A stretch of DNA of 64,000 bases from a virus, in IMG/VR virus record IMGVR_UViG_3300034073_004654, positions 12,893 through 76,892 of that record; one strand, given 5' to 3'. Positions 61,694 through 64,000 of this stretch are shown here, one piece after another. The notes beneath the pieces are model-generated. The model was not told the origin of the DNA. It saw only the letters and a program-made list of their open reading frames with translations, and did not search any database. The first letter of the stretch is position 1; each line of letters opens with the position of its first letter. Both the position numbers and the translations under genes were made by a program.

Positions 61694-63091
61694 TCATCCA
61701 GGACTTAATTGAATGGAATATGTTACCGTCACAATTCCATTCTCAGGCTGAGGGAATGATAACCCCCTAAATGCCCCCACAATACAATTAACAACTCCAG
61801 CATCAGGCAAATCCGAACCGCCATTTCCTGATTGTGCTACTGAGCCATCTCTACCAATTACAAATCGAACAGCTACTCTGCCAGCTAAGCTTGGATTAGT
61901 TCTTAGTCCAGCCTCATAACATGCGCGATATCGTCCGAAATTTTGTCTAATAGTGCGCCTGATTATTTCCGGGGGAATTCTTCCAGATGCCACCGTCTCT
62001 CCTTGCCTCATCACGATTGACTTAGGTACATGCTTTCCAGGCAAAGGTCTGCTACTACTAAAACCCTGAAACATATTGTTACCTAGTCCGCCAATATTAT
62101 TTCCTACTCCAATTCCTTCCCCTGGTCCTCCGCTACCTTCTCCAATTCCAGACAGCCCTAAACCATTACTTCCGAACCCTTCTCCAATTTCGGGAGCCCA
62201 CATATTGCCATTGGCACTGGACAAATCATTTCCTAAAGAATCATCCCGTCCCCAAGGTGCCGTTGGAGAATTAGGATCTCCGCCCGCACCAGAACTAATT
62301 AATCCTATCATCCCGAATTCCATGGCATCTCTTAAAGCATTTTGTCTAGCTATATGAGGATCGAGATTATTTTGCGGACCTGCAACTCCATATCTTTTAT
62401 TTGCAGTTGAGGAGTAATTACCCATTGTTCCTTCGCTACCTTTGGATTTAGCTCCTTGTTCTCCTCCAGAAATGGTTGGACTATTTTCCGTTAAAGTGTT
62501 TTCTTCTTGTTTGGTTTCTTTTTCTGCTGCGGCAGCTAAGTATTGTCGCAATAAAAATCTTTGCTCCATTGACATTTCCCCATCTTCAGAAGCACTTAAA
62601 GCGGGCATATAAAAGAAAAATGCTGCTAAAAAAAACAAGTGCATCATTAAAGATAATCCAAAAAAGCCAACAGATTCTTTATTGAGTTTTAATTTGCTTC
62701 CGATAACTTTGCCTGAATTTTGTACGAAAACCACAAAAGAAAATTCTAAAATTTTAATTTCGGTCGATTCGCCCAAAGATAGTTGAACAGGCTCTTGACT
62801 TGGTGGTTGGACGGTGATATGTTGTGAGCTTGGAGAAACTAGCTCTAGCTGCTCCAACCCTAACTGACTGGTTGGAAAATAATAATCACAGCCAAGATTT
62901 TCTCCTATAGTAAAAGATTTGTTAGAATTGATTTGAGCTAGATGAATTAAATTTTTACCCCAAAAGATCTTAACTTGGTAGGATGTGGAGTTAAGATTAT
63001 CCGTTTCTTCTGGGGGAATGTCAGGAATAGCCTGAACAAAGCTGTAGTTAAATTCATCATTCTTAGAAACCGAAACATTATTTTGATTCAT
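61694..63091 (-). CDS. AgmX/PglI C-terminal (TonB-C-like) domain membrane protein, GltG-like
   Basis: TM helix with S...H (SLMMHL), Gly-rich linker, I.R.IR......RACYE.GL..NP.L.G.V.V.F.I..DG.V...CI......FP.P..G.V.V.Y. Confidence 0.8.
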   Translation of the reverse strand: MNQNNVSVSKNDEFNYSFVQAIPDIPPEETDNLNSTSYQVKIFWGKNLIHLAQINSNKSFTIGENLGCDYYFPTSQLGLEQLELVSPSSQHITVQPPSQEPVQLSLGESTEIKILEFSFVVFVQNSGKVIGSKLKLNKESVGFFGLSLMMHLFFLAAFFFYMPALSASEDGEMSMEQRFLLRQYLAAAAEKETKQEENTLTENSPTISGGEQGAKSKGSEGTMGNYSSTANKRYGVAGPQNNLDPHIARQNALRDAMEFGMIGLISSGAGGDPNSPTAPWGRDDSLGNDLSSANGNMWAPEIGEGFGSNGLGLSGIGEGSGGPGEGIGVGNNIGGLGNNMFQGFSSSRPLPGKHVPKSIVMRQGETVASGRIPPEIIRRTIRQNFGRYRACYEAGLRTNPSLAGRVAVRFVIGRDGSVAQSGNGGSDLPDAGVVNCIVGAFRGLSFPQPENGIVTVTYSIQLSPG

Positions 63092-63176
63092 TATTTATCT
63101 CCTAAGGGTTAAGGGATAAATGGATAGAAACCCGCCGTTTCAAATAGTTCCAAAAAAAATAATATTTTTTTGAGGC

Positions 63177-63205
63177 TTGACGGGAACGGTGGGGTGAGCT
63201 ATGTT
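63177..63205 (+). promoter_or_regulatory. sigma70-like promoter
   Basis: TTGACG-17-TATGTT. Confidence 0.65.
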
Positions 63206-63222
63206 AGGAGGGCGAGGATATT

Positions 63223-63471
63223 ATGGAAACGAAGCATCAATATCAAGTTGGAATGATTATTCGACCGGCTGACGGTAGCAATTATCGAGGGGAGATTGTT
63301 TATGTTTCCAAGGATGAGGATGTAATTCGTCATCGTTGCTTGAAGACTGGAAAAATTTACGAGAAAAGTTATTTTGGATTTTTCTGTCGATATTGCACTC
63401 TGGAAGAATATGATGAGGCTGAAAAGCGAATCAAAGAAGAGAATGACGGCTATGACTCTCTATCAGGATAA
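63223..63471 (+). CDS. hypothetical protein
   Basis: GAGGA RBS, downstream of promoter. Confidence 0.65.
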   Translation: METKHQYQVGMIIRPADGSNYRGEIVYVSKDEDVIRHRCLKTGKIYEKSYFGFFCRYCTLEEYDEAEKRIKEENDGYDSLSG

Positions 63472-64000
63472 GCAACAAATGGAAACTTGGACTGATTTAG
63501 ATGATCAGCCTCTTCCAATTAACAAATTAGTAACTCCATTTCTTTCAGAGGAAATTCAGGAAAAATATCCTTATCCCTGGAAGAATGGAGAGCCCGTTCT
63601 TTATTTGGGAGAAGTTGTTGGCATGAAAGGTCATGGAATTTTTGTTGGCAATGATGGATTAGTTCGATTCGGATATCATTTAGATTCTTTTAAAATCATT
63701 CCAGAAGAAGAGCTATGAGTCTAGAAATAAAAGATAAGTTTTTTGATTATCTTACTAAAGATGGTTTCTTTGAAGAAGGAAATATTAAAGATTTTATTTT
63801 CTTTGCTTACGAAGATACCATTGGTATATTATACAGCAATCCAGCTTTAAGTTCAGCCCATAATTGCAACCAATGTCAAGATGAAATTTTGGCATTTGCT
63901 CTAAGGGGTCCGTCCAAAGATATTCCTCGTTATTTCTCTGTGGGAGTCGAGGCATCAATCTTTGCTAAGATTAAGTCTGGATGGCGAGACTCTAAAGGAT

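Noticed and set aside
1-64000. Stop-codon reassignment (TAG/TGA), as in some huge phages
   Set aside because: Conserved genes (prkA, spoVR, yeaH, tilS) are full length under code 11, coding density is high, and TGA, TAA and occasional TAG all end genes at sensible boundaries.
1-64000. CRISPR array, rRNA, IS/transposase, integrase
   Set aside because: No regularly spaced repeats or recognisable motifs were found. Short repeats at about 27409-27454, 32438-32475 and 39605-39687 are intragenic peptide duplications.

Overview
AT-rich (roughly 30-33% GC by eye) segment of a large (jumbo-type) bacteriophage genome, standard code 11. No rRNA, CRISPR array or core structural/replication genes are visible. 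Two interleaved gene classes can be seen. (A) Runs of small + strand hypothetical genes, each behind a sigma70-like promoter (TTGACN-16/17-TANNNT; about 22 copies, all on +). The ones I read codon by codon avoid ATA, AGA and (almost entirely) TTA. (B) About 19 A-rich genes on either strand that share an N-terminal ~20-aa amphipathic leader ending in K/R-x-A, most preceded by AATA-N6-YAT. These are putative late, protease-processed virion cargo carrying ADP-ribosyltransferase-like, zincin, ArcS/DUF5591-like, peptidoglycan-binding and membrane domains, and those sampled use ATA/AGA/TTA freely. The window also encodes five tRNAs: two CAU, Leu-CAA, a structurally non-canonical Arg-UCU, and Asn-GUU split by a 207-nt group I intron. 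Other recognisable genes are a minimal TilS, three HNH nucleases, a YeaH-SpoVR-PrkA module, two putative muralytic enzymes and an H1-like basic protein. Myxobacteria-style genes (an AgmX/PglI TonB-like protein and a Cys-rich lipoprotein) hint at a high-GC Myxococcota host. Family names come from remembered motifs, not from database searches.
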